This document shows positions 36,173 through 47,222 of a stretch of 55,651 nucleotides of DNA, piece after piece (the stretch's first letter is position 1; each line of letters begins with the position of its first letter). The stretch lies in assembly GCA_964515785.1 (NCBI GenBank), contig CAZEWH010000005.1:1-55651 (forward strand), read 5' to 3'. A model generated the notes under the pieces. The model did not search any database. It had not been told where the DNA came from and saw only the letters and a list, made by a program, of their open reading frames with translations. The position numbers and the translations under genes are program-made. Source of the stretch: an uncultured Gammaproteobacteria bacterium (GTDB taxonomy: Bacteria > Patescibacteriota > Patescibacteriia > UBA1558 > GWA2-36-10).

Positions 36173-37498
36173 ATGTTTAAGAATTTATTCAAAAGCAAAG
36201 AAGAAAAGATCACCCATCAGTGGTTTAAATATTTATTTGCTTTGTTTATTATTTTGATTCCTTGGCAAGTACGCTGGATTTTTTATGATTGGCGTTTGGA
36301 TGGTCAGATTTGGGAGTATGGCCGTTTGAGTATGTATGGTAGCTTGATAGTTTTGATACTAGCCGCTATTTTATTTGCTTATTCTCATAGAAAAGAATTA
36401 CATTTTTCAAAAAATAAATTATTATATTCAGTTTTTGTTTATTCTATTATTATTCCATTTTTTTCTGCTCTGCCTTTAGTTTCATTTTATTGGGTATTAC
36501 TTATTTATGTAGCTGTTTTATTTGCATATTTATCTCGTTTTTTACAGAAAAAATTTGTTCTCAATGCTATATTGTTATCTGGTTTGATTCAAGGTTTGGT
36601 GGCTTTGCAGCAATTTTTTAATCAACAAATCTTGGCTAATAAATGGTTTGGTATGGCGGAACATCTGCCAGAGACTTTGGGTACTTCTGTTGTTTTGGTA
36701 AATGGTGATAGAATTTTGCGAGCCTATGGTAGCTTGCCGCATCCAAATATTTTGGGTGGCTTTTTATTTGTAGCTATTTTTGTAGGAATTTATTTATTGT
36801 TAAAGTTCTATAAAGAATTGGAAGATAGTAAATGGTCCAAAAAATTTATTCGACAAAACTTAGTTCGTTATTTATTTATTACTATTAGTTTGATAATTGC
36901 CACTTATGGTTTGTTGGCTAGTTTTTCTAGAAGTGCTTTATTAGCTTTAGCTGTATCAATGGTCTCTGTGTTATTGATAAATATTTTTCAAAATAAATGG
37001 AGAGTAGTCAAAGTATTTTTAAAATATTTTGTAGTATTGTTTATTATTTTTTATTCTTTCAATTGGATGATACCAGGTGCTTGGCAAGCTCGTTGGACTG
37101 TTGCCAATCATTTAGAGACTCAATCAATCAATCAACGAGTTGATACTTTTGAACAACTCAAATTGGATGGTCCTAAAGAAATTTTGTTTGGTCAGGGATT
37201 GGGGATGAATACTTATGATACTTGGCAACAAAATCCCAATCAGACAATTTATAATATTCAGCCAATCCACGATATATTTTTATTAGCTTTAGCTGAAATT
37301 GGTTTGATAGGTATTATTATTTTGATAGCTTTAGTAAGATTGATTTTACGTAAAGCTGATAAAATAGATGTGCTAGCTTCTAGTTTATTACTTGGTTTGA
37401 TAGTAATAGGTATTTTTGATCATTATCTGTGGACTTCTTGGACTGGTTGGCTTTTACTTACTTTTGGCTTGGTAAATCTGTATAAACAAAGGAAATAA
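36173..37498 (+). CDS. O-antigen ligase/polymerase (Wzy_C) family membrane protein
   Basis: About 10-12 TM helices and a central SFSRSALLALAVS motif typical of the O-antigen ligase family. Confidence 0.7.
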   Translation: MFKNLFKSKEEKITHQWFKYLFALFIILIPWQVRWIFYDWRLDGQIWEYGRLSMYGSLIVLILAAILFAYSHRKELHFSKNKLLYSVFVYSIIIPFFSALPLVSFYWVLLIYVAVLFAYLSRFLQKKFVLNAILLSGLIQGLVALQQFFNQQILANKWFGMAEHLPETLGTSVVLVNGDRILRAYGSLPHPNILGGFLFVAIFVGIYLLLKFYKELEDSKWSKKFIRQNLVRYLFITISLIIATYGLLASFSRSALLALAVSMVSVLLINIFQNKWRVVKVFLKYFVVLFIIFYSFNWMIPGAWQARWTVANHLETQSINQRVDTFEQLKLDGPKEILFGQGLGMNTYDTWQQNPNQTIYNIQPIHDIFLLALAEIGLIGIIILIALVRLILRKADKIDVLASSLLLGLIVIGIFDHYLWTSWTGWLLLTFGLVNLYKQRK

Positions 37499-37514
37499 AA
37501 TAGAGTATATAAAT

Positions 37515-37543
37515 TTGACAATTTTTAATTAGCACTCTATAAT
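37515..37543 (+). promoter_or_regulatory. groESL promoter
   Basis: TTGACA (37515-37520), 17-nt spacer, TATAAT (37538-37543). Confidence 0.75.
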
Positions 37544-37555
37544 ATGGAGTGCTAA
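37529..37555 (+). promoter_or_regulatory. CIRCE operator (HrcA binding site)
   Basis: TTAGCACTC-tataatatg-GAGTGCTAA is a perfect match to the CIRCE consensus and overlaps the -10 box. Confidence 0.9.
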
Positions 37556-37580
37556 TTTTTATTATTAAATAATAAGAAAA

Positions 37581-37856
37581 ATGAATTTAAGACCTTTAGG
37601 AGACAGGGTAATTGTAAAGCCTTTACCCAAAGAAGAAACCACAAAATCAGGTATTATACTGCCTGATACTGTCAATAAAGAATCTCGCCAGGAAGGCAAA
37701 TTAGTTGCTATTGGTTCTGGTGAAAAAATAACTAAATTACTTTTATCAACTGGTCAAAAAGTTGTATTTTCAGAATATGGTGGTTCTGAAATTAAGATCG
37801 AAGATCAAGAATACAAAATTTTGAATCATGATGATTTACTCGCTGTTGTTGAGTAG
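37581..37856 (+). CDS. groES: Co-chaperonin GroES
   Basis: LRPLGDRVIVKP...SGIILPD...GKLVAIG. Confidence 0.95.
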   Translation: MNLRPLGDRVIVKPLPKEETTKSGIILPDTVNKESRQEGKLVAIGSGEKITKLLLSTGQKVVFSEYGGSEIKIEDQEYKILNHDDLLAVVE

Positions 37857-37860
37857 ATCT

Positions 37861-37923
37861 GTCACTCTGGAGCGTAGTCGAGAGATCTAGATTTCTCTAT
37901 TCACTGCGTTCAGTCGAAATGAC
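37861..37923. repeat. GC-richer imperfect inverted-repeat element inside the groES-groEL spacer
   Basis: gtcactctggagcgtagtcgagagatctagatttctctattcactgcgttcagtcgaaatgac is centred on atctagat. The spacer is 109 nt. Confidence 0.5.
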
Positions 37924-37953
37924 AAACAACTTTATAACTTTATAAATATTTAA

Positions 37954-39609
<1,656 letters not shown>

Positions 39610-39684
39610 TGCAAAGCATTATCCCGTACGTCTCGACCGTGCTCGACACGGGCTAGATGCAGGATCTAATCCATATATACTTTT

Positions 39685-39712
39685 AAAAATCCCGTCTATG
39701 GCGGGATTTTTT
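39685..39712 (+). terminator. Intrinsic terminator after groEL
   Basis: aaaaatcccgtctatggcgggatttttt. Confidence 0.7.
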
Positions 39713-39753
39713 GTTTTTTGCTATTATATAGGCATAATTATTAATAAAATAAT

Positions 39754-40983
39754 ATGAAAAAAACAAGTTTTATTTTGGTCATATTCTGTATGCTTGTCAG
39801 TTTGTTTGCTTTTGATGCAAACTCATCATCTGCTGCAGTATCAGATTGTGAACCAGGCAGTTTATTCAAGCTTCAAGGCTTGGAAGGAGCAGCTGTTTAT
39901 CAAATTGGTACTGACTGTAAAAAATATATTTTTAACAATGAAAAGACATTTAAAACATGGAAGGATGATTTTTCTGAAGTACAGGCTGTGTCTCAAGACA
40001 CTTTGGATAGTTATGCAGGTGGTGGCTCTGTCACCGTCAGACCAGGTACTAGACTTTTGACTCATATCAATACAGCCAAAACTTATGCTGTAGGTGCAAA
40101 TGGTCAATTGATTTATATTCCCAACGAGAATACTGCTCGTAGATTGTACGGAGATGATTGGGCTTCATTTGTGATAGATATTGATCCAGGCTTTTTCTCA
40201 CAAAATTATACAGTAAGTGATGGAGAATTATCTGAAGACAATCTTCCTGAAGGTAGTCTAGTCATGGAGCAAAATACCAACAAATATTATCTAATAGAAA
40301 ATGGTTTGAAAAGAAGAGTTCATAACAAAGCTTTTGCAAAAAATAGATTGCATAAGAAAAAAGCTATTATGCTAAACTCTTTGACTGGTGATTATGAAGT
40401 TGGTCCAGCCTTAGAACTTGAAGAAGAAGATATCAATACTTTTGAACCAGGGTCAGCAGCAGACAAAGTAATTATTTGTCATACAACTAGATCACTTAGC
40501 AACCCACATAAAACAATCAGAGTATCTAGCCGTGCTTTAGCAGCTCATCTAGCTCACGGTGATACAGAAGGTGAATGTGATAGTGATGATTATGTTGACG
40601 AGGATAATGTTACAGATAAATTACCAGATATTAGAGTAGATGATATTACTATAATGTCACTTAGTGCTTTGGGTACTCACGTTACCTCTACTTTGACAGT
40701 TTATATCGAAAACAGTGGTGAAGTTACTTTGACTGACACTACTGGAGTTTTGAATTTTTTCAAAAGTTTTGAAGATTTTGAATCTACTGTCATGCCAGCC
40801 AGTATCCCAGTAATTACTGAAGATGAACCATTTGAACCAGGTAATAGAGTAGGTATTGTTTGGAATGGATATTTTACTACTACTGGTGAAAAGCTATTAG
40901 CTTTTACTGTAGATAATGCTGATGAACTTGAAGAAGCTGATGAAACTAACAATGAATATAGTGAGACTATAACTATTGAATAA
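39754..40983 (+). CDS. Secreted protein with a C-terminal CARDB-like domain
   Basis: Signal peptide. VIICHTTRSLSNPHKTIRVSSRALAAHLAHGDTEGEC motif. C-terminal PDIRVDDITI...VYIENSGEVT...FEPGNRV...VDNADELEEADETNNEY is typical of CARDB. Confidence 0.55.
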   Translation: MKKTSFILVIFCMLVSLFAFDANSSSAAVSDCEPGSLFKLQGLEGAAVYQIGTDCKKYIFNNEKTFKTWKDDFSEVQAVSQDTLDSYAGGGSVTVRPGTRLLTHINTAKTYAVGANGQLIYIPNENTARRLYGDDWASFVIDIDPGFFSQNYTVSDGELSEDNLPEGSLVMEQNTNKYYLIENGLKRRVHNKAFAKNRLHKKKAIMLNSLTGDYEVGPALELEEEDINTFEPGSAADKVIICHTTRSLSNPHKTIRVSSRALAAHLAHGDTEGECDSDDYVDEDNVTDKLPDIRVDDITIMSLSALGTHVTSTLTVYIENSGEVTLTDTTGVLNFFKSFEDFESTVMPASIPVITEDEPFEPGNRVGIVWNGYFTTTGEKLLAFTVDNADELEEADETNNEYSETITIE

Positions 40984-40997
40984 TAAATTTTATTTTT

Positions 40998-41026
40998 AAA
41001 ACCCCCTCGCAATGCGAGGGGGTTTT
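40998..41026 (+). terminator. Intrinsic terminator, identical hairpin also at 45518-45547
   Basis: aaaaccccctcgcaatgcgagggggtttt. Confidence 0.75.
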
Positions 41027-41031
41027 ATTAT

Positions 41032-41060
41032 TGACATTTAATAAATTAAGTGTTAGATTA
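41032..41060 (+). promoter_or_regulatory. Sigma70-like promoter of the 41109 gene
   Basis: TTGACA (41032-41037), 17-nt spacer, TAGATT (41055-41060). Confidence 0.5.
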
Positions 41061-41108
41061 GATCATTGTTTTATAGAGCGTTCATTGAAGACCAAGAAGG
41101 AGGAGCTT

Positions 41109-41549
41109 ATGAAAATGAGCTTAGGTTTGTCGCAGAGGCAAGAACTGTCACTGGTACAGGTATTGAGACAGACAGTTACTGATACGATCATCACTTCTCG
41201 GGGGATTTGCCCTGAATGTGAGCATCATCTGTCCGAAGAAGAGATCAGGGCTGGCTGGAATACTGATCCGCAGGATTACACGACACAGTGTCCTCAGTGT
41301 GAGCATCGCTTCCAGGCTCACCTGTTCTTGTCTCGGCAAGGCAAGATCATTGGTGAGCAGCCTTACCTTTGTTTGCAGCAGCTCTTTGCTGGTTTGCAAG
41401 CTGCTCGGCGAGGTAAGAGGCAAATCCTGGGTGAAGTCTATTTGTCCGAAAATCATCCCATGCTTTTCTGGAATATGATTCGCCACTTCGCCACCTATAA
41501 CAAAGGCTTGTTGGCCTTGGCTCGTTATGAACAGGGCATACTAATCTGA
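41109..41549 (+). CDS. Small Zn-ribbon protein (CxxC...CxxC), GC-richer gene
   Basis: SD aaggagg lies before the ATG at 41109. CPECEHH...CPQCEHRF. The ORF-track start at 41031 overlaps the promoter and is unlikely. Confidence 0.55.
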   Translation: MKMSLGLSQRQELSLVQVLRQTVTDTIITSRGICPECEHHLSEEEIRAGWNTDPQDYTTQCPQCEHRFQAHLFLSRQGKIIGEQPYLCLQQLFAGLQAARRGKRQILGEVYLSENHPMLFWNMIRHFATYNKGLLALARYEQGILI

Positions 41550-41647
41550 GCTTTTGGGCTATTGATCAAAATCGATAGCCTTTTTTATTTGTATATTTTG
41601 ATTAAATTTGTTATGCTGTTATCTGCTCTTGATCAAGGAGGTGAAGA

Positions 41648-42070
41648 ATGACAGGGGAACAGCTCTTTTTATACTATGCTTTTCCTTGCGTACAAGCCAG
41701 GGAAATAATGGGGAAAATATCTCCAGAACATAGCCAGCAATTGACTACTTGGGTAAAACAAGGTTTACAACCAACTAGACGACGACTAAAGTTTTGTTTC
41801 CCGCATGCTTTCCGAGCTTTACGTCGGTTGGCTTGGGCTAATAATAGGCCAACTTGGAGTTTGATCAATGTCCAAGACTATTGGCATAATCATCATGGTC
41901 ACGAAGGTGATTGTGCTGTACAACTAGTGACAGTTGTTAATCTTAATAAGATTGTTACAGTTGACAATAGCACTGGTCAACTACCAGTAGTCAATCTCTA
42001 TGGTTTGCATCTTCAGGTGGGTAGTAAAGTCCGTACTCACAATAGATTTATCATAGAGGTAGTCACCTAA
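41648..42070 (+). CDS. Hypothetical protein (140 aa), GC-richer gene
   Basis: SD aaggaggtg, ATG start, own terminator (aaacgctacttatttaagtggcgtttttt). No confident domain. Confidence 0.55.
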   Translation: MTGEQLFLYYAFPCVQAREIMGKISPEHSQQLTTWVKQGLQPTRRRLKFCFPHAFRALRRLAWANNRPTWSLINVQDYWHNHHGHEGDCAVQLVTVVNLNKIVTVDNSTGQLPVVNLYGLHLQVGSKVRTHNRFIIEVVT

Positions 42071-42142
42071 CAAACGCTACTTATTTAAGTGGCGTTTTTT
42101 ATATTTCTTATTTTCTGTTATAATATAGATGTTCATATTTTT

Positions 42143-42649
42143 ATGACAGATACCAAAAATAAACAATTCAATGAATTTGCAGAATCCAGTGAAATCTGGG
42201 TAGCAGATTTTGGCTCTCATGAATTGGAGCATGAGTTGCGTCAAGAAGTAATCAAGCTCAAACCACGCGCTGCCAAAGGTTTTTCTTGGATTTTTGCAGC
42301 GCTTATTTTATTTTTTCTTATAATAATTGTTGAATTATTATTTCGTCAATATGCACAAGTCAATTTTTGGCCAGAGATGACCATCTTATGGACTACTTGG
42401 ATTTGGCGTTTTGTTTTATTGATAATCTGGTTTACTCTAGCTCTTAAGAAAATGAGATACAATAAAGAAAAGGTGGTCGTTGCTACTTTAGTATCCTTTA
42501 CTCTAGCTGTGATTGCCCTGGCTTTATTTAAGATTATATTTATTAGTTCAGCTTGGACTTGGCTCAATCTACTAGTCGAGCCAATCTGGATGATTATCCT
42601 TGTAGCATTTTTAGGATTTATTTTTACAAAATTAATTTTTAAAAAATAA
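42143..42649 (+). CDS. Hypothetical polytopic membrane protein
   Basis: The ATG at 42143 gives MTDTKNKQF. Four TM helices follow. Confidence 0.5.
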   Translation: MTDTKNKQFNEFAESSEIWVADFGSHELEHELRQEVIKLKPRAAKGFSWIFAALILFFLIIIVELLFRQYAQVNFWPEMTILWTTWIWRFVLLIIWFTLALKKMRYNKEKVVVATLVSFTLAVIALALFKIIFISSAWTWLNLLVEPIWMIILVAFLGFIFTKLIFKK

Positions 42650-42664
42650 TTAAAAAACAAAAAT

Positions 42665-42979
42665 ATGTCAAACAAAGAAATTAAACCAAACAGTAAAGAC
42701 ATTGCAGACAACAAAATGATTGCTGCTATTGGCTATGTTAGTATTTTATTTGTTTTGCCTTTGTTTCTAAAAAAGGATTCAAAGTTTGCTCAGTTTCATG
42801 CCAAACAAGGCTTGTTACTTTTTATTATTGAAGTTGTATCTACTTGGATAGCTGCTCTTTTATGGCCATTTTTGGTTTTGGCTATTTTGGCTGCCCTTTG
42901 GGGTATCAAATCAGCTATGGAAGGTAAATATTGGGAAATTCCTTTTGTTGGCAAACTTACCGAGAAATTGAATATTTAA
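42665..42979 (+). CDS. DUF4870-like small membrane protein
   Basis: AAIGYVSILFVLPLFLKKDSKFAQFHAKQGLLLFI matches the characteristic F..FHAKQ motif. Confidence 0.55.
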   Translation: MSNKEIKPNSKDIADNKMIAAIGYVSILFVLPLFLKKDSKFAQFHAKQGLLLFIIEVVSTWIAALLWPFLVLAILAALWGIKSAMEGKYWEIPFVGKLTEKLNI

Positions 42980-43055
42980 TTTTTAATAAATTATTAATAA
43001 AAACTAAGTCAGAGCGTATTTAGCTTTGGCTTAATTTTTCTAAAATAAAAACATT

Positions 43056-45509
43056 ATGGCTAAGAAAAAATACATTCTATGGTTCAAAGAGATTAATAAT
43101 AAAGATGTCCCAAAAGTTGGTGGTAAAAATGCTTCTCTAGGAGAAATGTACTCTAAACTTACATCAAAAGGTGTAGCAATTCCCAATGGTTTTGCCGTCA
43201 CAGCTCAAGCTTATGATTATTTTGTGACAAGCACTGGAGTCAAAAAACAAATTCGTAAGATTTTGAAAGATCTTGATACACATGATATTCATAATTTGCA
43301 AGAAAGAGCAAAAGCAGTCCGCGAAGCAATTTTGGCAGCTGAACTTCCGCAAGACTTGAAAGATCAGATTGTAGCGGCGTACAAAAAATTGTCCAAGCAA
43401 TACAAATCACGAGCAGTTGATGTAGCGGTACGCTCATCTGCAACTGCCGAAGATCTACCTGATGCTAGTTTTGCTGGCCAGCAAGATACTTATCTTAATG
43501 TCGAAGGACAAAAAGAGTTATTAGAAGATTGTAAAAGATGTATGGCTTCTTTATTTACTGACCGAGCTATTTCTTATCGCCATGACAAAGGCTTTAATCA
43601 TTTCAAAGTCAAACTTTCTATCACTGTCCAAAAGATGGTGCGGGCTGATCTAGCTACTTCTGGTGTGATGTTTTCTATTGATACAGAATCTGGGTTTCGT
43701 GATGCAGTCTTGATCAATGCTATCTATGGTTTGGGTGAATACATTGTCCAAGGCATGGTCAATCCTGATGAATACTATGTTCATAAACCTACTTTGAATC
43801 AAGGCTACAAGCCAATTATTTCTAAAAGCATTGGCCTGAAGAGTAAAAAATTAGTTTATGATTCAAAAGCAAAAACTAATATGAAAAACCAGCCAGTGGC
43901 CGTGGAAGATAGAGATAAATTTGCTTTGTCAGACAAAGAAATTATGCAATTGGCCAAATGGGCTATCCAAATTGAAGATCATTACAAAAAACCAATGGAT
44001 ATGGAATGGGCCAAAGATGGCCGCACTGGCAAATTGTTTATTGTCCAAGCCAGACCTGAGACTGTCCGTTCGCAAGATGATCCCAATACTTTGATTGAAT
44101 ACAAAATGAAAGCCAAGGGTCGGGTCGTAACGACCGGTGCTTCAGTTGGCAACAAGATCGGTCAAGGTAAAGCTCATATTATAAAAGATGCCAAGAATAT
44201 TGATAAATTCAAAAAAGGTGAAGTCTTGATCACAGAGATGACTGATCCTGATTGGGAACCAATTATGAAAATTGCTTCTGCAATTGTGACCAATTCTGGT
44301 GGCCGCACTTGCCATGCTGCCATTATTTCTCGTGAGTTGGGTATTCCCTGTATTGTAGGTACTGGTAATGCTACTACTAAGATAAAAAATAATCAGAATA
44401 TTACTATTTCTTGTGCTGAAGGTGAAAAAGGTTTTGTTTATAATGGTTTGTTAGATTTTGCAGTCAAAAAGACCAACCTCAAAAAATTCAAAGCACCTAA
44501 AACTAAAGTAATGATGAATGTCGGTAATCCAGATATGGCTATGGCTCAAAGTTTTATACCTAATGAAGGTGTTGGTTTAGCTCGTGAAGAATTTATTATT
44601 TCCAATTATATTCGTATTCATCCTTTGGCATTATTAAATTTTAATAAAGTAAAAGACGAACGAGCTAAGAAAACTATTGAAAAGCTCACAGCTGCTTATA
44701 GTAGCAAGCCTCAGTTTTTTGTAGATAAGCTAGCTGAAGGTGTTGCTCGTATTGCAGCTAGTTTTTATCCTAAAGATGTAATTTTACGTTTATCAGATTT
44801 CAAGTCCAATGAATATGCCAATCTGATCGGTGGCAGTCAATTTGAACCAACTGAATCCAATCCAATGATTGGCTGGCGTGGAGCTTCACGATATTATGAC
44901 CCCAAATATTTAGCTGCTTTTGTGCTAGAGTGTCGAGCTATAGTCAAAGTCCGTAAAGCTATGGGTCTGAATAATCTCAAAATCATGGTGCCATTTTGTC
45001 GGACCATAGAAGAAGCTAAAAAAGTCCTCAAAATCATGGCTGACAATGGTCTCAAGCGAGGAGTAGGTGGCCTTGAGGTTTATGTGATGTGTGAGATTCC
45101 TTCCAATGTTATTTTGGCTGAAGAGTTTTCCAAAATATTTGATGGATTCTCTATTGGTTCAAATGATTTGACTCAACTTGTCTTAGGGGTAGATAGAGAC
45201 AGTGAACTAGTAGCTCATGTTTATGACGAGCGCAATAAAGCAGTCAAAGATATGGTTGCTTGGGTTATCAAAACAGCCAAAGCTAATAATTGTAAGATAG
45301 GTATTTGTGGTCAGGCTCCATCTGATTTTCCAGACTTTGCTCAATTTTTAGTAGAACAGGGTATTGATACTATTTCACTGATTCCTGATACTGTGATACC
45401 AACTAGTATTGCTATCAAGCAGACAGAAGCTAAGTTGGCTAGGAAAAAGCCTCGTGAAAAATCTAAAAAAACAACTAAAAAGAAAGTAGTTAAGAAACGC
45501 AAAAAATAA
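43056..45509 (+). CDS. ppsA: Phosphoenolpyruvate synthase (pyruvate, water dikinase) with a Lys-rich C-terminal tail
   Basis: VGGKNASLGEM, phosphohistidine swivel GGRTCHAAIISRELGIPCIVG, PEP-utilising C-terminal GSNDLTQL, tail KKPREKSKKTTKKKVVKKRKK. Confidence 0.93.
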   Translation: MAKKKYILWFKEINNKDVPKVGGKNASLGEMYSKLTSKGVAIPNGFAVTAQAYDYFVTSTGVKKQIRKILKDLDTHDIHNLQERAKAVREAILAAELPQDLKDQIVAAYKKLSKQYKSRAVDVAVRSSATAEDLPDASFAGQQDTYLNVEGQKELLEDCKRCMASLFTDRAISYRHDKGFNHFKVKLSITVQKMVRADLATSGVMFSIDTESGFRDAVLINAIYGLGEYIVQGMVNPDEYYVHKPTLNQGYKPIISKSIGLKSKKLVYDSKAKTNMKNQPVAVEDRDKFALSDKEIMQLAKWAIQIEDHYKKPMDMEWAKDGRTGKLFIVQARPETVRSQDDPNTLIEYKMKAKGRVVTTGASVGNKIGQGKAHIIKDAKNIDKFKKGEVLITEMTDPDWEPIMKIASAIVTNSGGRTCHAAIISRELGIPCIVGTGNATTKIKNNQNITISCAEGEKGFVYNGLLDFAVKKTNLKKFKAPKTKVMMNVGNPDMAMAQSFIPNEGVGLAREEFIISNYIRIHPLALLNFNKVKDERAKKTIEKLTAAYSSKPQFFVDKLAEGVARIAASFYPKDVILRLSDFKSNEYANLIGGSQFEPTESNPMIGWRGASRYYDPKYLAAFVLECRAIVKVRKAMGLNNLKIMVPFCRTIEEAKKVLKIMADNGLKRGVGGLEVYVMCEIPSNVILAEEFSKIFDGFSIGSNDLTQLVLGVDRDSELVAHVYDERNKAVKDMVAWVIKTAKANNCKIGICGQAPSDFPDFAQFLVEQGIDTISLIPDTVIPTSIAIKQTEAKLARKKPREKSKKTTKKKVVKKRKK

Positions 45510-45517
45510 TTTATAAT

Positions 45518-45547
45518 AAAAACCCCCTCGCAATGCGAGGGGGTTTT
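45518..45547 (+). terminator. Intrinsic terminator (second copy of the 40998 hairpin)
   Basis: aaaaaccccctcgcaatgcgagggggtttt. Confidence 0.75.
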
Positions 45548-45554
45548 TATAGTG

Positions 45555-45583
45555 TTGACATTTTATTAATTTAGTGCTATTAT
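45555..45583 (+). promoter_or_regulatory. Sigma70-like promoter of the 45639 gene
   Basis: TTGACA (45555-45560), 17-nt spacer, TATTAT (45578-45583). Confidence 0.5.
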
Positions 45584-45638
45584 CTAATGTTTTTTTCAAA
45601 CTGTACATTTTCGCGATCAATGAATGTAGGAGGATGTC

Positions 45639-45899
45639 ATGAGTACAAAAGTAAAACGATCAGTTCTTGAGGTGATTCTCGATAAGTTGCGGTACGCCGC
45701 ACAGGACGGCTACTCGTGTCACGAGGCCTTCCAACTCCGAATCCATGTGCTTGCTGACGTTCTGGTTGAGTCGGAGATTCCCGATGAAATGCAGGAGCTA
45801 GTTCTCGACTGCGTGATGAACGATGTGGAGCCGAAGGTGTGGCGTGAGACTGACACCCATAAAATTGTCATGCGCCTGCTTACCGTTCTGCAACAGTAG
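45639..45899 (+). CDS. Small hypothetical protein (86 aa), GC-rich gene
   Basis: SD taggagga, ATG start, TAG stop. A hand count gives 51 G+C in nt 45641-45740. Confidence 0.55.
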   Translation: MSTKVKRSVLEVILDKLRYAAQDGYSCHEAFQLRIHVLADVLVESEIPDEMQELVLDCVMNDVEPKVWRETDTHKIVMRLLTVLQQ

Positions 45900-45970
45900 A
45901 GCATTCCACCGTCGCTTGTTTCATCAACCTCCGTTCGGACAACATGTCCAGCGGGGGTTTTTAAATTATA

Positions 45971-47101
45971 TTACATTTGATTTGGCACAGTCGATTGTTT
46001 TTTATTTTTAAGAAACATTATGATCAAAATTAAGGCTATTAGAGCTACAGCAATTAATGCAAAAATATTATGAATTATCATCGATACTATTATAGTAATA
46101 ATTGATAAAACTAGAGCAACAACAAAACTAACTAATCCTGTAGCACCTCTACCAACAGAGCCAAGGAAAGGTACAACATCCAAGATGACACTAATTGGTC
46201 CCAATATAGCCATCAAACCAAACCACATTAGTAAAAAGCCAATAAGTCTAAATATCCAGGTCATTATTTTATGTTCAGTCTTCATGGTTGATAAAGCAGT
46301 GTCTCTATCACCTTCAAATATACGGTATAATTTTGTATCCTTTTTTCCGTAGTAAGGAGAAATATTTTTACCATCTAGTTTTCCAAAGATAGTGTGGTTG
46401 TCACCAGTATTATTTTTGACAGCTGAATAACTAATACGTAAATCTCCTATTTGAGGATCTGTGATAGTGCCACTACCTTTGAACATATAATCTTCATTGG
46501 CTAATGTAAGACCGTCATGGGGTATGGCTTTACCATTGAGTTTTAATTTTTCATAACTTGGTAGCTGTACTTTATTCATATCTATATTATAGATACCTAG
46601 TCTTGCATTTTCGACATTTCTAGTGCCACTGCTTATTGTTTTGTTAGGATTAGTGTGACCTTCTGGATATTCAAAATTTTCTGAATCAGCAGGATTTTCT
46701 ATCCAATCTTTTTCATAGTTATAGGTTTCGGTTTTAGTTTCAGAACCACCCATATTTTTTTCTGATTGTGTTTTTTTATTTTCAGTCCAAGCATACATTT
46801 CTGTTGTTCTTTTCAAAGAAATATAATTTCCATGATTGAGATATGTATCTCCTAGTACTTGGCTTGTGCTTAAAATACCAGTACTAAAAACTAACTGTTG
46901 ATCAAGTTCTGTATTTTGTACAGTAGAACTTACCCCAACTGCGTTTTCTGCAATCTTAGTAACATTAACTCTACCCTCATTCCAATACAAAATTCCAAAT
47001 GAAATAATAAATAAGAGAAATCCAACAAAGATACCTTTTAATGAACCTAAGATTCTTGATCCCCATCCTTGGGTGCTTATTTTAGTAAATTGATCAGGCA
47101 T
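45971..47101 (-). CDS. TMEM43/DUF1625-family membrane protein
   Basis: The N-terminus GWGSRILGSLKGIFVGFLLFIISFGILYWNEGR is typical of DUF1625. There is a large extracytoplasmic middle region and C-terminal TM helices. Confidence 0.55.
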   Translation of the reverse strand: MPDQFTKISTQGWGSRILGSLKGIFVGFLLFIISFGILYWNEGRVNVTKIAENAVGVSSTVQNTELDQQLVFSTGILSTSQVLGDTYLNHGNYISLKRTTEMYAWTENKKTQSEKNMGGSETKTETYNYEKDWIENPADSENFEYPEGHTNPNKTISSGTRNVENARLGIYNIDMNKVQLPSYEKLKLNGKAIPHDGLTLANEDYMFKGSGTITDPQIGDLRISYSAVKNNTGDNHTIFGKLDGKNISPYYGKKDTKLYRIFEGDRDTALSTMKTEHKIMTWIFRLIGFLLMWFGLMAILGPISVILDVVPFLGSVGRGATGLVSFVVALVLSIITIIVSMIIHNIFALIAVALIALILIIMFLKNKKQSTVPNQM

Positions 47102-47179
47102 AATTTTGTGTTAGTTTTTTAAGTAATATTTTATTATATTTTATTATATATTAGTTATTTTGTAAATTTAAAACAAAAA

Positions 47180-47210
47180 CCCCGTCCATTCAACTACGCT
47201 CAGGACGGGG
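47180..47210. terminator. Hairpin terminator carrying the CCATTC..CGCTCAGGAC motif
   Basis: ccccgtcc-attcaactacgctcag-gacgggg plus ttttt. The loop motif recurs at 23255-23276. Confidence 0.6.
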
Positions 47211-47222
47211 TTTTTAAAAATT

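Noticed and set aside
41109-41180. Resemblance of MSLGLSQRQELSLVQVLRQ to sigma-54 region I.
   Set aside because: The similarity covers only about 20 residues of Q/L-rich sequence. The protein is 146 aa and lacks the core-binding and RpoN-box regions.
41148-41486. ORFs 41148..41486(-) and 41218..41478(+) overlapping the Zn-ribbon gene.
   Set aside because: They are GC-driven open frames without start context. The chosen frame has the SD and paired CxxC motifs.
41900-42070. A HypC-like OB-fold pattern at the C-terminus of the 140-aa protein (CAVQLVTVV...VGSKVRTHNRFII).
   Set aside because: HypC needs an N-terminal Cys at position 2, and no hydrogenase genes are nearby. The pattern match is too weak to call.
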